DNA from: Methanoregula sp. | GTDB lineage: Archaea; Halobacteriota; Methanomicrobia; Methanomicrobiales; Methanospirillaceae | Length of the DNA: 64,000 bases | Assembly: GCA_039698055.1 (NCBI GenBank) | Contig: JBDKTL010000048.1 | Span: 32,001-96,000, forward strand | Direction: 5' to 3' | Shown here: positions 30,925-44,141 of the stretch, piece by piece | Position numbering within the stretch: position 1 is the stretch's first letter | Layout of the letters: the number at the start of each line of letters is the position of its first letter | Notes under the pieces: generated by a model | What the model was told of the DNA's origin: nothing | Database searches by the model: none | Seen by the model: only the letters and a program-made list of their open reading frames with translations | Translations under genes and position numbers: made by a program

Positions 30925-32127
30925 TTATCTCGTATCCCTACAACCGTCTGTCCCCATAAAACAGAAAGGATCTTCCGCCAGGAAATCCCCTTCCACAGCA
31001 TGTGCCCGGACCCGGCACCCGCCGCCGCAGAGATCCCGATACCTGCAGATTCCGCACCGGCCCCCGAAACGGGCATCCTTTTTTCGGAACCGGGCGAGAA
31101 CGGGGCTGGCATCATCCGCCCAGAGCCTGCTGAACGACCGGTCCCTGACATTCCCCACGAGAAATTCCCGGGAACGGGCGAACTGGCAGGGGTACACGTT
31201 CCCCCGGGTATCAATATTGGCCACCCGGGTGCCGGCGCTGCACCCACCCTTCAGTGATTCGAGCAGCCCCCGGGCATCGGCCAGGTCCTCCGATCCGTCT
31301 TTCTCCATGGAAGCAAGCAGGTGGATGCAGTCCTGCGGGGCATCGACCGTCAGGAACTCCATGGTTGCAGGATCCGTCTCCTTTGCTTTCCGGTAGAGAA
31401 GATCAAGAGCCCCCTTTACCTCGTCCTTGTCCAGTTGCAGCCGGGCGTAGGAATCACTTCCCCGGCCTGTTGGCACAAGCCAGTACAGGCAGAAGCGGGA
31501 GGCGCCGAGGGAAATGGAAAGATCGACGAGCGCTTCAAGTTCGTGGCAGTTCTCTTTCGTGAGAGTAACCCGGACCCCGCACCGGAGCCCGGCTTCCGTG
31601 CATGCCGCAAATGCCTTTATCGTCTGCTCAAACGCACCAGGGGAATTCCGGAACCGGTCGTGAGTCTCAGCTTTCGCACCATCAAGCGATATGCCGGCAT
31701 ATTCGATCCCGCTCTCTTTGATCCGCCGGGCAATGTCGGGGGTGATAAGTGTTCCGTTGGTGCTGAGCGCCAGCTTGAGACCACGGTTGCCGGCATGACG
31801 TGCCAGTTCCCAGATATCCTCACGGAGAAGCGGTTCCCCGCCGGTGAACAGGATGAGCGGCACACCCATAGCTGCGAGATCATCGATCACTCCTAGCGCT
31901 TCAGCAGTGGACAGTTCTCCTTCCGTTGTACGTCCCGGTCCTGACCTGCTGTAGCAATGGGCGCAGCTCAGGTTGCAGCGGTCCGTGAGGTTCCAGAAGA
32001 CCACCGGCCGGTACATCCCAGAGAATGCCAGATAACCGCTGGGCACATCGGTCTGCGGTTTATGCCGGTGCCGCATCACGCTGCTGACGGTTCCCCGGCC
32101 GTGCATGCATTGAGTAATCCTGTTCAT
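30925..32127 (-). CDS. ahbC: Radical SAM AhbC-like (12,18-didecarboxysiroheme deacetylase / NirJ1)
   Basis: RPVVFWNLTDRCNLSCAHCY, SPASM Cys motifs; ATGA overlap with ahbB; operon context. Confidence 0.8.
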   Translation of the reverse strand: MNRITQCMHGRGTVSSVMRHRHKPQTDVPSGYLAFSGMYRPVVFWNLTDRCNLSCAHCYSRSGPGRTTEGELSTAEALGVIDDLAAMGVPLILFTGGEPLLREDIWELARHAGNRGLKLALSTNGTLITPDIARRIKESGIEYAGISLDGAKAETHDRFRNSPGAFEQTIKAFAACTEAGLRCGVRVTLTKENCHELEALVDLSISLGASRFCLYWLVPTGRGSDSYARLQLDKDEVKGALDLLYRKAKETDPATMEFLTVDAPQDCIHLLASMEKDGSEDLADARGLLESLKGGCSAGTRVANIDTRGNVYPCQFARSREFLVGNVRDRSFSRLWADDASPVLARFRKKDARFGGRCGICRYRDLCGGGCRVRAHAVEGDFLAEDPFCFMGTDGCRDTR

Positions 32128-32609
32128 GGGCTCCCTCCATTCTCGTTCATCCGGACATTCGGCACACGCTTGAACTCGCGGGTACTGAAGAGGATGGTAT
32201 AATCCGGGCATTGGATCGTTTCGGCAACCGCCTTCACTTCGTCCACTACCTTCTCTCTGCTGTACCCGTGGTGGACGGTATACAGGGTGTACTCCCACCT
32301 TCCCGGGACCGGTGTGCGTTCATAGCAATGGGTCACCTGGGGAAATGCTGCCAGCAGTTTTCCCGTATCCATCTCTTTGCCCCGTGCCGGTTTCCATGCC
32401 ACGAGGGCATTCGCGGTGATCCCAATCTTCCGCTGGTCGATCCGGGCCCGGAATTTCCGGATCACTCCTGCCTCATTCAGGTGCCGGATCCGGGCCACTA
32501 CGTCATCGCCGCTCAGACCCAGCCGGTTTCCTATCTCTTCAAACGGTGCCGGGACAAACGGGAGACCCCGTTCCAGTTCCCGGAGCAGGTGCATATCTGT
32601 TGGGTCCAT
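32124..32609 (-). CDS. ahbB: Siroheme decarboxylase beta subunit (Lrp/AsnC-like)
   Basis: LPFVPAPF, GITANALVAW, VTHCYER...WEYTLYTVHH. Confidence 0.85.
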   Translation of the reverse strand: MDPTDMHLLRELERGLPFVPAPFEEIGNRLGLSGDDVVARIRHLNEAGVIRKFRARIDQRKIGITANALVAWKPARGKEMDTGKLLAAFPQVTHCYERTPVPGRWEYTLYTVHHGYSREKVVDEVKAVAETIQCPDYTILFSTREFKRVPNVRMNENGGSP

Positions 32610-33111
32610 TAGGTATTCTCTCCGGATTGTGCGGGCAAAAAGGCGAACCGCACATCGATTTTGATCTTTCTTACGGTCGGCAGGTCAAGGACATCGGAGT
32701 CCGGAATTCCCGTCCTCTCCAGGATCTCGTCCAGCACCTTTCGGATCCCCTCCCCGTTCTTCGCAGCAATCGTGAACCAGAGGGAGTAGTAATGGTCCCG
32801 CTGGAAATTGTGCGACACTTCCGGGTAACTGCTGATGATGGCCGCAATCTCGTCCACGCTCTCCTCAGGTACATGGATGGCAACGAGGGTCGCCGCATGC
32901 AGGCCAAGGTGCCGGGACTCCAGCACCGGAGATATCCCCCGGATAATGCCTGCCTCTTCCATCCGTTTCATGCGATCGATCAGCCCGGTTTCCGTCATCC
33001 CGAGCCGGTCTGCAATCGCTTTCCATGGCCGGGACACCAACGGGAGATCATCCTGCAGGGCATTGAGAATGGCCAGATCGGTCTGGTCCGGAACGAAGCA
33101 GGAGCGGGTGT

Positions 33112-33115
<4 letters not shown>
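32609..33115 (-). CDS. ahbA: Siroheme decarboxylase alpha subunit (Lrp/AsnC-like)
   Basis: LQDDLPLVSRPW, ATLVA, VSHNFQRDHYYSLWFT; GTG start overlaps ahbD stop. Confidence 0.85.
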
Positions 33116-36416
<3,301 letters not shown>

Positions 36417-36705
36417 TCAGGTGGACATCCACAAAGGACACGGCCACGCTGCCCTGCCATGAGAGATTCTGGTTGTCAGCAACCGGGACTCCCACGGCTG
36501 CCGTGAGGGTTGTCCTGGCCATGATCTCTTAAAGGTAAAATTACCACGGTCATATTTAATAAGATAGGGTTCCGGGCACACCCTCCCCTGTACCTTGATT
36601 CTTCGACAGGTAAGAACATGGCATGACAGAAAATGTTCGTGCTTCGTCGTGTTTTTGCATAATAAAAGAGGATGGTTGATATCAGACTACCACAGAATAA
36701 AAATT

Positions 36706-37485
36706 ATGAGCGATATTGAAATCATTGATCTTACACCAGACAATATTGCCGACTATGGGGTCTGCGGATATAAGGATGTCAGGAAGCATGCGGAACTCAG
36801 AAAAAAAATCGACTGGTTCAACCGGTATTATCCAAAAGGATTGCGGATAAAAGTCCTGTTTTCCAAGAGCGCCGGTTACCAGGGCATGCTTGAATATATC
36901 CCGGGAAAATATGCCCACCGCCCTGTGGATGCAGACGGTTATATGTTCATCCATTGTATCTTCGTCGGTTTCAGGAATGAGTTCAAGGGAAAGGGATATG
37001 CCTCGTCCCTGATCGACACCTGTATTGCCGACGCAAAACTGGCCCACATGGATGGTGTTGCCGTTGTAACAAGGAAAGGCCCGTTCATGGCAAATAAAGA
37101 AATTTTTGTGAAAAAGGGATTTGTTGTTACGGACAAGGCAGCTCCCGACTTTGAACTGCTTGGCTTAAAATTCCATCGGGATGCACCCGATCCCAAATTC
37201 AAGCCCTCTCTGGCAAAGAGCAGGGAAAAATATGCAGACGGTTTAACCGTCCTGCGCTCGGCCCAGTGCCCGTATTCCGAGAAGAACGTTGCTGCCATTA
37301 TGGAGACCGCAAAGAAAAAGTTCGGCCTGAACGCCCGGCTGGTTGATCTGGAAGGCGCGGCCGCTGTTCAGGGATCTCCCTGTGCATTCGGGACATTCTG
37401 CATCGTGTACAATGGCGAGGTCATCAGCCATCACCCGATCAGCAACACGAGATTTGAGAATATCATGAAAAAGATGAAAAAATAA
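36706..37485 (+). CDS. GNAT/YoaP-domain protein
   Basis: EYIPGKYA.RP, IHCIFV...KGKGYAS.L, C-terminal QCP...PCAFGTFCIVYNGE. Confidence 0.8.
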   Translation: MSDIEIIDLTPDNIADYGVCGYKDVRKHAELRKKIDWFNRYYPKGLRIKVLFSKSAGYQGMLEYIPGKYAHRPVDADGYMFIHCIFVGFRNEFKGKGYASSLIDTCIADAKLAHMDGVAVVTRKGPFMANKEIFVKKGFVVTDKAAPDFELLGLKFHRDAPDPKFKPSLAKSREKYADGLTVLRSAQCPYSEKNVAAIMETAKKKFGLNARLVDLEGAAAVQGSPCAFGTFCIVYNGEVISHHPISNTRFENIMKKMKK

Positions 37486-37497
37486 AATGCATGTCTC

Positions 37498-38082
37498 TTA
37501 CACCCCCATTCCCATAACCGCCCCGACAATCTGCTGAGCTGTCACCGGGTCCACCACCCGGGCCAGCACAACCCCGGCCATTGCAGCAAACACCGCCCAG
37601 AATACTTTTTTCACGTGTTCGTTTTTACCGAACTCCTCAATCACTTCGTTCACATCCGCCTTCATTGCCCGCTGGATCAGCTTCGGCAGGAACACGAAGA
37701 GTGGCAGAAACAAAACCGCAGCACCGATGAACGCAAGCGTGATCTCAGCCCGGCCTGCAAGAAAGATCCCGACCGGGATCGCAAACACCCCGGCCAGCAC
37801 CGAAGCCATCCCGACCTCCCCGAACCAGAAGTAATGCCTTTTATCGGCATAGTTTAGTTTCTCCGGATCAGTCAGCGCCGAAAGATCGAAGATCCCAAGC
37901 GTGTTCAGCATCCCGTACCAGACCGCGTGCGTCTCCTCCGGGTCTGCAACGATACCGAGAAAGAGCACCGCGACCGGCACAACGAGGAGGATGTGGGGAA
38001 GACCGGCCAGCACCATGACCAGCCCCAGCAGAATCCCGGTCCCGCAGATGGCGCACCGGGTCTGCACTTCATTCTCGAACAT
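37498..38082 (-). CDS. Uncharacterised membrane protein (likely start ATG 38082)
   Basis: Several TM segments; GGAG upstream of 38082; decayed paralog at 23217-23405. Confidence 0.7.
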   Translation of the reverse strand: MFENEVQTRCAICGTGILLGLVMVLAGLPHILLVVPVAVLFLGIVADPEETHAVWYGMLNTLGIFDLSALTDPEKLNYADKRHYFWFGEVGMASVLAGVFAIPVGIFLAGRAEITLAFIGAAVLFLPLFVFLPKLIQRAMKADVNEVIEEFGKNEHVKKVFWAVFAAMAGVVLARVVDPVTAQQIVGAVMGMGV

Positions 38083-38194
38083 CGGCCAACTCCACAATCC
38101 GGATCGCAAAGACCGGTTTTTTGTGCTTGCCGTCACTTCCCCGGTAGAGAACAGCCACGGTTCCGGTCGGCTGCATTGAGGTTTTAGTTGCCAC
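38069..38194 (-). CDS. Small hypothetical protein (41 aa)
   Basis: GTG start after GGAGGAG RBS; MATKTSMQPTGTVAVLYRGSDGKHKKPVFAIRIVELADVRE*; overlaps both neighbours. Confidence 0.45.
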   Translation of the reverse strand: MATKTSMQPTGTVAVLYRGSDGKHKKPVFAIRIVELADVRE

Positions 38195-38348
38195 GGTACT
38201 CCTCCCGGCGATGCTCGTGCTCAACCTGGAGTTTCCTGAACTCCTCGACGACCTCATCATATTTGCCAATCTTCTGGTAGATCGCAAACAGCAGGGGATA
38301 GAGTGGGAGCACGGCCCCAAGGACGATCCCCGCTAGTTCTGTTTCCAT
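38184..38348 (-). CDS. Small single-TM protein (54 aa), not in ORF track
   Basis: GGGAGGA RBS; METELAGIVLGAVLPLYPLLFAIYQKIGKYDEVVEEFRKLQVEHEHRREEYRGN*. Confidence 0.6.
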   Translation of the reverse strand: METELAGIVLGAVLPLYPLLFAIYQKIGKYDEVVEEFRKLQVEHEHRREEYRGN

Positions 38349-38437
38349 AACAGTCCTCCCGCACCTAAAAAAAAAGAGCCGGAAGAGAGGTGACGGTTTG
38401 GTCCGCCGCCCCTTCCGGATCTTTTTACCGGCCGGTT

Positions 38438-38941
38438 CTAGGCAAGAGCGGCCACCGAGTCCGCCCAGGTCTCGACCTTTGTCCGGATTGCGTCGTCTTC
38501 ATACGATGACAGGACAACCTGGCTCCGGTTGAAGGTGACGTAGAACTGCTCACCGCCCTCGTCATTGCACTTGAGGGTCGCCGAAAATGTGTCATTGGCA
38601 ACATCATGCACTGCCGTGCCGCCGTGAGCGGCGCTGGTTGTCGCATCGGCAAGCCGGGCGGCGATGCCGGTAGTATAACCGTCCATCGTGTTGTAGGTGT
38701 CCGATGCCCTGCCAACGTTTTTTGCATCGACATTCTCGTAGACCAGCTTTGCGACATAACTCTCCCGGGTCTTTTCTACCGGCGCATGGATGATGCCGGC
38801 GGTCATGTATTCTACACAGGCAAACGGGTTTGTTGCAATGACCGACTGAACGATTGCATCGAACGCTGCCACGTCTGCTATCGGGTCCGCAAGGGTGCGA
38901 ACCGCGCTTTTGATGTTTGCTTTCTGTACGAAATCTGCCAT
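38438..38941 (-). CDS. Hypothetical protein (167 aa, MADFVQK...)
   Basis: Clean ORF with AGGA RBS, Ala/Thr/Val-rich; followed by hairpin and T-run. Confidence 0.8.
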   Translation of the reverse strand: MADFVQKANIKSAVRTLADPIADVAAFDAIVQSVIATNPFACVEYMTAGIIHAPVEKTRESYVAKLVYENVDAKNVGRASDTYNTMDGYTTGIAARLADATTSAAHGGTAVHDVANDTFSATLKCNDEGGEQFYVTFNRSQVVLSSYEDDAIRTKVETWADSVAALA

Positions 38942-39237
38942 TTTTGTTTCCTTCTTGTGTTGTTTTTTTCCTCTGGTGTCTCGGGGCCCTTTGACATATT
39001 CTTATAGGATGTGGGGGGTGATGTGCTTTGATTATGAAAAAAATTGAGAGGAAAACGGCGGCTGATCATGGGGTTGTTTGGTGATTGGGGAACGGGAACG
39101 GGAGATTGGGAAGGTACAAAAAAATCCGGGGGGGTGGCTATGCCATGGGGGAATGAAAAAAAGTCGTACAGAACGCCGTAAACTCGTGGCGTGGGACGTA
39201 TGATGCAGGGTGCAAATTACAGGAATACAAGACAGGG

Positions 39238-39379
39238 ATTTGCCGACCCGGCAGACAAAGCCCGCCACGACCACATGGTTGCGCTCGTCACCCGGATGCT
39301 CGATTTGAATAAGCGGGTGTCCGCGCTGTACTGGATGACGGAAGAGGAAATACTGATCGTCAAAGGCATAAAGGAATAA
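39238..39379 (+). pseudogene. C-terminal remnant of a type IIG (Eco57I/TaqI-like) restriction-modification enzyme
   Basis: FADPADKARHDHMVALVTRMLDLNKR..LY.MTEEEI.IV.G resembles the recalled type IIG C-terminus with the intervening helix deleted. Confidence 0.6.
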
Positions 39380-39489
39380 TCTTTTTTATCGCGATATGAT
39401 TTCTTTTACAATTTTTTATAATGAGGTTATTGCATTTTCGCGGGATACAGACCAGATAACGACAATCTCAAAACAAGCCTTTTTTGGTT

Positions 39490-39960
39490 CCAACAGTGTA
39501 TTGGCCATCCGGGAAGCGATCGTCCATCCAATCGCTTCTGTTAGCGTACATTTTCCGGCCCGTAACACAGCTCGTTTGCCTCAAATATGGCCAAATCGTG
39601 GGATTTGAAAAATCATGTGCCGGAATTCGACCATTTTTATAAGATAATGGATCGAAAATGACCAATCCGGGCTCGTACCGGGCACTGATTTCACCATCCG
39701 GGATGCAGCCCTCCACCAGTCCGGGGATCACGTCATTGAAAAAAAGACCAGAACCAAAAACAGCCCTTTTTTCATTCCCAACAGTGTATTGGCTATCCGG
39801 GGAGCGATCGACCGTCCAATCGCTTCTGTTAGCGTACATTTTCCGGCCCGTAACACACCCCGTTGGCCTCAAATATGGCCAAATCGTGGGATTTGAAAGA
39901 TCATGTGCCGGAATTCACCATTTTTCATAAGATAATGGATCGAAAATGACCAATCCGGGC
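39490..39960. repeat. Two ~183-bp direct repeats, period 288 bp
   Basis: 39490-39672 and 39778-39960 (CCAACAGTGTATTGGC...GACCAATCCGGGC), about ten differences by eye. Confidence 0.95.
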
Positions 39961-40096
39961 ACGCAGGGGGCCTGGATAGGGGGTATGAACACCTCCTCAA
40001 AATGAAGGGATATCCTCATTCACTCACCGGGGTGAAATGTTCGCTGGCACCGGTTGCCGGCAGCAGCACATCCCGGGACACCCGGCCTGGTACCGA

Positions 40097-40459
40097 TCAA
40101 TCGGTGCCCGGCATACGCGAGCCATCAGGCAGTATCCCGTTAATGGTGTCCGGTTGGATCAAAAAAAACTGCCAGACCCCCCGGGGCGATCGCAGCCAGA
40201 GCTCGCGGGCAACAATACCCGTTACAGGCACAGTACGGATAGGGGAAATTTCACGTTTGCAGCACTGCATGATTTCCTGCGGGTCATCGTAATGCGTAAC
40301 GATCCGTTTCACCCGGACAAACGCCGTCTGCTGTTCCGTGCAGATAATCAGGTCAAAATATGCATTCCGCCGGGCAGGCATCAGCAATACCTTCCCGCGC
40401 CGGGCCGCAATATCGGCTGCCTCGCGGAGTGCAATAAGCGGTCGCCGTCCCCGGGTCAT
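40097..40459 (-). CDS. Hypothetical protein with degenerate PD-(D/E)XK/Hjc-like motif
   Basis: A..IA.RRG..V, FDLIIC...TAFVRVKR, RELWL...G.WQFF; GAGGG RBS; ATGA overlap with upstream gene. Confidence 0.6.
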   Translation of the reverse strand: MTRGRRPLIALREAADIAARRGKVLLMPARRNAYFDLIICTEQQTAFVRVKRIVTHYDDPQEIMQCCKREISPIRTVPVTGIVARELWLRSPRGVWQFFLIQPDTINGILPDGSRMPGTD

Positions 40460-40698
40460 TTCCCCTCACTCCCATACCCGGTACCATCCGGCACATATTT
40501 TCCTGACGGAATTGTCCCTGGTCTCTGCTCCCGGTTAATGGTCCGGGTCCGGATACTGATATTGTAGTAATGCTGTCCGACTTTGCGCACGATCACCCGC
40601 TCAAGATCATCACCATACGCTCTGACACCCCGCATGACGATGTGCGGGACAAGGAACAGCGGGATCTGCCTTTGGGTCGTCGCCGGTTTGCGGGACAT
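40456..40698 (-). CDS. Small basic hypothetical protein (80 aa)
   Basis: GGGG RBS; coupled to the downstream gene by ATGA overlap. Confidence 0.55.
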   Translation of the reverse strand: MSRKPATTQRQIPLFLVPHIVMRGVRAYGDDLERVIVRKVGQHYYNISIRTRTINREQRPGTIPSGKYVPDGTGYGSEGK

Positions 40699-41848
40699 CA
40701 GGACCGCCCCTGGAAATAGTATCTCATGAGTATTTGTATCATGATGATGGTGAGCCGGTTTTTCACCACGATCTGTTCGCGGTTTTTGGTCGCACGATCC
40801 ATTATCCGTATACCTGGTGTTCCATATCCACCGCCAGCTGTGTCCGCATACACCGGCACAAAACCCGTACGGTTACGTACCTGCCGGCCTGTTTCTGGTA
40901 GTTCGCTGATCGACTCACCGGATTTTCTGGACCCGGTATTTTTTTCGTTTATTTCCATTCACATCACGTTTCATTTTGTATAGTCTCCTGCACTGCCCGC
41001 GAACATAGAGCCTGTCCCCCCTTTTTTTCGCGATTAAAAAAATTAAAAAACCGACACCAGTCCGGCGGGAGCCATGGCTCATGCACACGTTCCCGTACTA
41101 CCGTGAAAACGCAGGAAGGTATCCTCGCAAACCACATCAACACGGGACTACACACGCCGGACCGGCGTCTAACTACGTATAAGAGAAAAGTCAGATACAG
41201 CGTACCCGGCCCGGGCACCCAAACGATATATCCCGGAACCGGTAGTCAGCGGATACTGCGATGCGGACGGGAGAGAGAGCACTCCCATCACGGCACAGAC
41301 AAGCAGCATGGATGCAAAGAAAAACCGGGCGTAAAAAAGTGCAACCGATCGTGCATAGCCCAGTTTACGGATCTTCCGCGCTGTTTGTGTGCAGAAATTT
41401 TCAAACATTTGTGTAAATAAACCAAGCAGTGACAAGCATATAAGATGCACGGAACCGCGAGGTTAGCTCAATGGATTCCGGGGAAATCCGGGGCAATCAC
41501 GGCCTCCGATGCGTCAGACAATCGTGCAGGAATTATCCTGACGCACCGGAGATTGGGAAAACCCAATTTGCGGCCCGGATTGTGCCGGATTTTTATGGAT
41601 TATGCCGGGGGTGCCGCACATGATGCCATTAAAAAAAACAGAGGGGCGCACCCATTTTTGTGCGGGAAAAAAATGCAGGAATTTTTCTCCGGGAAAAATT
41701 TGAACCATACTTTTTTGCTCCCGGACAAGCATCCCGAACCACCAATCACGTTCCTGTGGGCAACCCTTGACTCAATCCCTGCAATTCTGGTATTTTCTTA
41801 ACCTATAGATCCTTTTTACCTTTTATTCATCTTCACCGTTTAACAGGT

Positions 41849-42952
41849 TCAATGCGAATGCTTCGGCAGCCCGTCATGGTTATGTTCCGCAACATGGTGG
41901 TGATCCGGCCCTGAAGCCGTTGCAGGATCGACGTGAATGGTGGCATCGGAAAGATACCGGAGATGATGGAGGAGTTCGTGCCGGAACTTCTTTGCAATAG
42001 CATGGCCGGATTCCACGGAGAGCAATGAATCGACCGTGATATTGATCTCCGCATGGAGCCGGTGACCCAGCCACCGGACCTTGATATCAGTAATCTCCAT
42101 TACCCCCTCAACATGATCGGCGGTATGGCGAATCTCATCAGTGATCGCCGGGTCAACGCCGTCAAGGAGCCGGGTGAAGATGGTCTTTGCCGAATCCCAG
42201 ACAATCCAGAAGATCATAATCGTGATGATAAGACCGATCGCCGGATCGGCAAGCGGGAACCCGAAATAAACCCCTGCTGCTCCAATCAGGACCGCAAGGC
42301 TCGTCCATCCGTCTGTCCTTGCATGATAGCCGTCCGCAACGAGCGCGGCGCTGCCGATCTCCTTTCCCACCCGGATGCGGAGCTGTGCCACGGCCTCGTT
42401 CCCGATAAACCCGACCAGCGCTGCGGCTGCTACCGCCCAGAGAAAGGTTACTTCCTGCGGGTGAAAGAGCCGGTCGATGGAAACGTAACCGGCAATGATC
42501 GCAGAAATCAGGATCATCAGCACAACGAAAACGCCCGCAAGGTCCTCGACACGGCCATAGCCGTAGGTAAACCGCTTGTCTGGTTTCCACCGGGCCAGCA
42601 TGAACGCGAACAGGAGCGGGATGGCCGTGAGGGCATCACCGAAATTATGGATAGTATCAGCGAGCAGCGCAATGCTGCCGGAATAATAGACGATGATTAT
42701 CTGGAAGATTGCAGTAACGAACAGCCCGGCAAACGACCACTTGACCGCCCGGATGCCCCGTTCAGTGGTGAGGATTGTCGAATCGACAATACCATGTGTG
42801 TGGGTATGGCCGTGAGGGTGATCCGAATTTTCATGGGATTTGTCACGGTCTTTTTTATGATCGTGACCATGGAACCGGTCACGATTATGATCTGCCTCTT
42901 CAGGGAGATCAGGGTTTTTCTCGTGAAGGATCATCCTCTTTGCCCTCATCAT
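41849..42952 (-). CDS. Cation diffusion facilitator (CDF) transporter with His-rich termini
   Basis: SIALLADTIHNFGD, YGYGRVED, ADGYHARTD, IHVDP. Confidence 0.92.
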   Translation of the reverse strand: MMRAKRMILHEKNPDLPEEADHNRDRFHGHDHKKDRDKSHENSDHPHGHTHTHGIVDSTILTTERGIRAVKWSFAGLFVTAIFQIIIVYYSGSIALLADTIHNFGDALTAIPLLFAFMLARWKPDKRFTYGYGRVEDLAGVFVVLMILISAIIAGYVSIDRLFHPQEVTFLWAVAAAALVGFIGNEAVAQLRIRVGKEIGSAALVADGYHARTDGWTSLAVLIGAAGVYFGFPLADPAIGLIITIMIFWIVWDSAKTIFTRLLDGVDPAITDEIRHTADHVEGVMEITDIKVRWLGHRLHAEINITVDSLLSVESGHAIAKKFRHELLHHLRYLSDATIHVDPATASGPDHHHVAEHNHDGLPKHSH

Positions 42953-44141
42953 TTATACGGCCCGTTCCCGGAGCCGGGTTTGTGATGTTCAGCGGGATAA
43001 CCGCGATGGTATTACCGCTCTCCTTACAGTACTCCTCGACCCGGACAGCGACCCGGCCAACCATGCTGCCGGTTGTCAGGATTAAGGAGTCCTGCCCCCG
43101 CAGGGCACGCAGGATGCATTTATCGATAACCCCGTAGGTGAACTCAAGGGCCAGCGATTCCTGGCTGGCACGCTGTTTCGCACGGGTACCCATGGCCCCG
43201 ACGGCCAGGTCATTACGGGATGAGATCCACGCTGCAAGCGGCGTATCGTTCTCCTCCTCGACATTGCAGACAGAAATGGTGCCGGTCCGGCACGTGCCCG
43301 GTGACTGGACGAGCAGGTTCTCGATGATGTGGATCATATCGAGCACGCTGCGGGGCTTTCTCTCCGGCTGGGCAAACCCACGCCGCCCGAGTTCCTGCGA
43401 GAGTTCAAGGAGGGTCGGTACCGAGAGGTGCGCCATGCGGACATGATCGGGATTCCCAAACGCCACGTCCGGCACGTCTTCCTGCAGGATTTGGCCATCC
43501 AGCATAAGGATTGCCCGGTCAGCCCACGGGTAGGCAAGTTCGACATCGTGGGTGGAGATGATCACGGTTTTGCCGTCATGGTTCAGTTCGTCGAGCAGTT
43601 CCATGAGATCTTCGGAACCCGAAGGGTCAAGGCCGCTCGTGGGCTCGTCAAATACCAGCACGTCCGGGTCCATTGCCAGCACGCCGGCAATGGCAACCCG
43701 TTTCTTTTCCCCACCCGAGAGATGGTGAGGCGGTCGCCGTTCAAATCCCTCAAGGCCGACCTGCCGGAGCGCAAGAGCGACTGCCTGCCGGATCGCCGGC
43801 TCATCGTACCCGAGGTTTGCCGGGCCAAAGGCAACGTCCTGGTACACGGTCGGGGCAATGATCTGCCGGTCCGGGTTCTGGAGCACAAAGCCGACCCGTT
43901 TGCGGATCTGGCGGAGGGAAGGGGTATCGTACCGGATCGGTTCTTTATCAAAGAGCATGGTACCGGAAGTCGGGCGGATCATGCCGTTGAACATCTGTAA
44001 CAGCGTGGACTTGCCGGCGCCGTTTGGTCCCACGAGCGCGATCTTCTCGCCCGGGCGGATATGAAAACTGATCCCTTTGATCGCATCCGGGCTTCCCGGG
44101 TAGTGGTACCTGATATCCCGTGCTTCAAGAATGATCTTCAC
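42909..44141 (-). CDS. cbiO: Cobalt ECF transporter ATPase CbiO with C-terminal extension
   Basis: GPNGAGKS, QNPDRQ, DVAFGP, LSGGEKKRV, DEPT. Confidence 0.88.
   Translation of the reverse strand: MKIILEARDIRYHYPGSPDAIKGISFHIRPGEKIALVGPNGAGKSTLLQMFNGMIRPTSGTMLFDKEPIRYDTPSLRQIRKRVGFVLQNPDRQIIAPTVYQDVAFGPANLGYDEPAIRQAVALALRQVGLEGFERRPPHHLSGGEKKRVAIAGVLAMDPDVLVFDEPTSGLDPSGSEDLMELLDELNHDGKTVIISTHDVELAYPWADRAILMLDGQILQEDVPDVAFGNPDHVRMAHLSVPTLLELSQELGRRGFAQPERKPRSVLDMIHIIENLLVQSPGTCRTGTISVCNVEEENDTPLAAWISSRNDLAVGAMGTRAKQRASQESLALEFTYGVIDKCILRALRGQDSLILTTGSMVGRVAVRVEEYCKESGNTIAVIPLNITNPAPGTGRINDEGKEDDPSREKP

Noticed and set aside
32128-32298. Extended starts for ahbC (32298), ahbA (33166) and ahbD (34359)
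   Set aside because: They overlap upstream genes; stop/start-coupled starts fit better
39468-39872. 134-aa ORF across the repeats
   Set aside because: No RBS or motif; the repeat copies carry small indels; period divisible by three noted but insufficient
39490-39960. CRISPR array
   Set aside because: Only two ~183-bp units; far too long for CRISPR repeats and no cas genes
40698-40958. 86-aa ORF upstream of the 80-aa gene
   Set aside because: Stop/start overlap and GTGA RBS-like site noted, but composition is unconvincing; left uncalled
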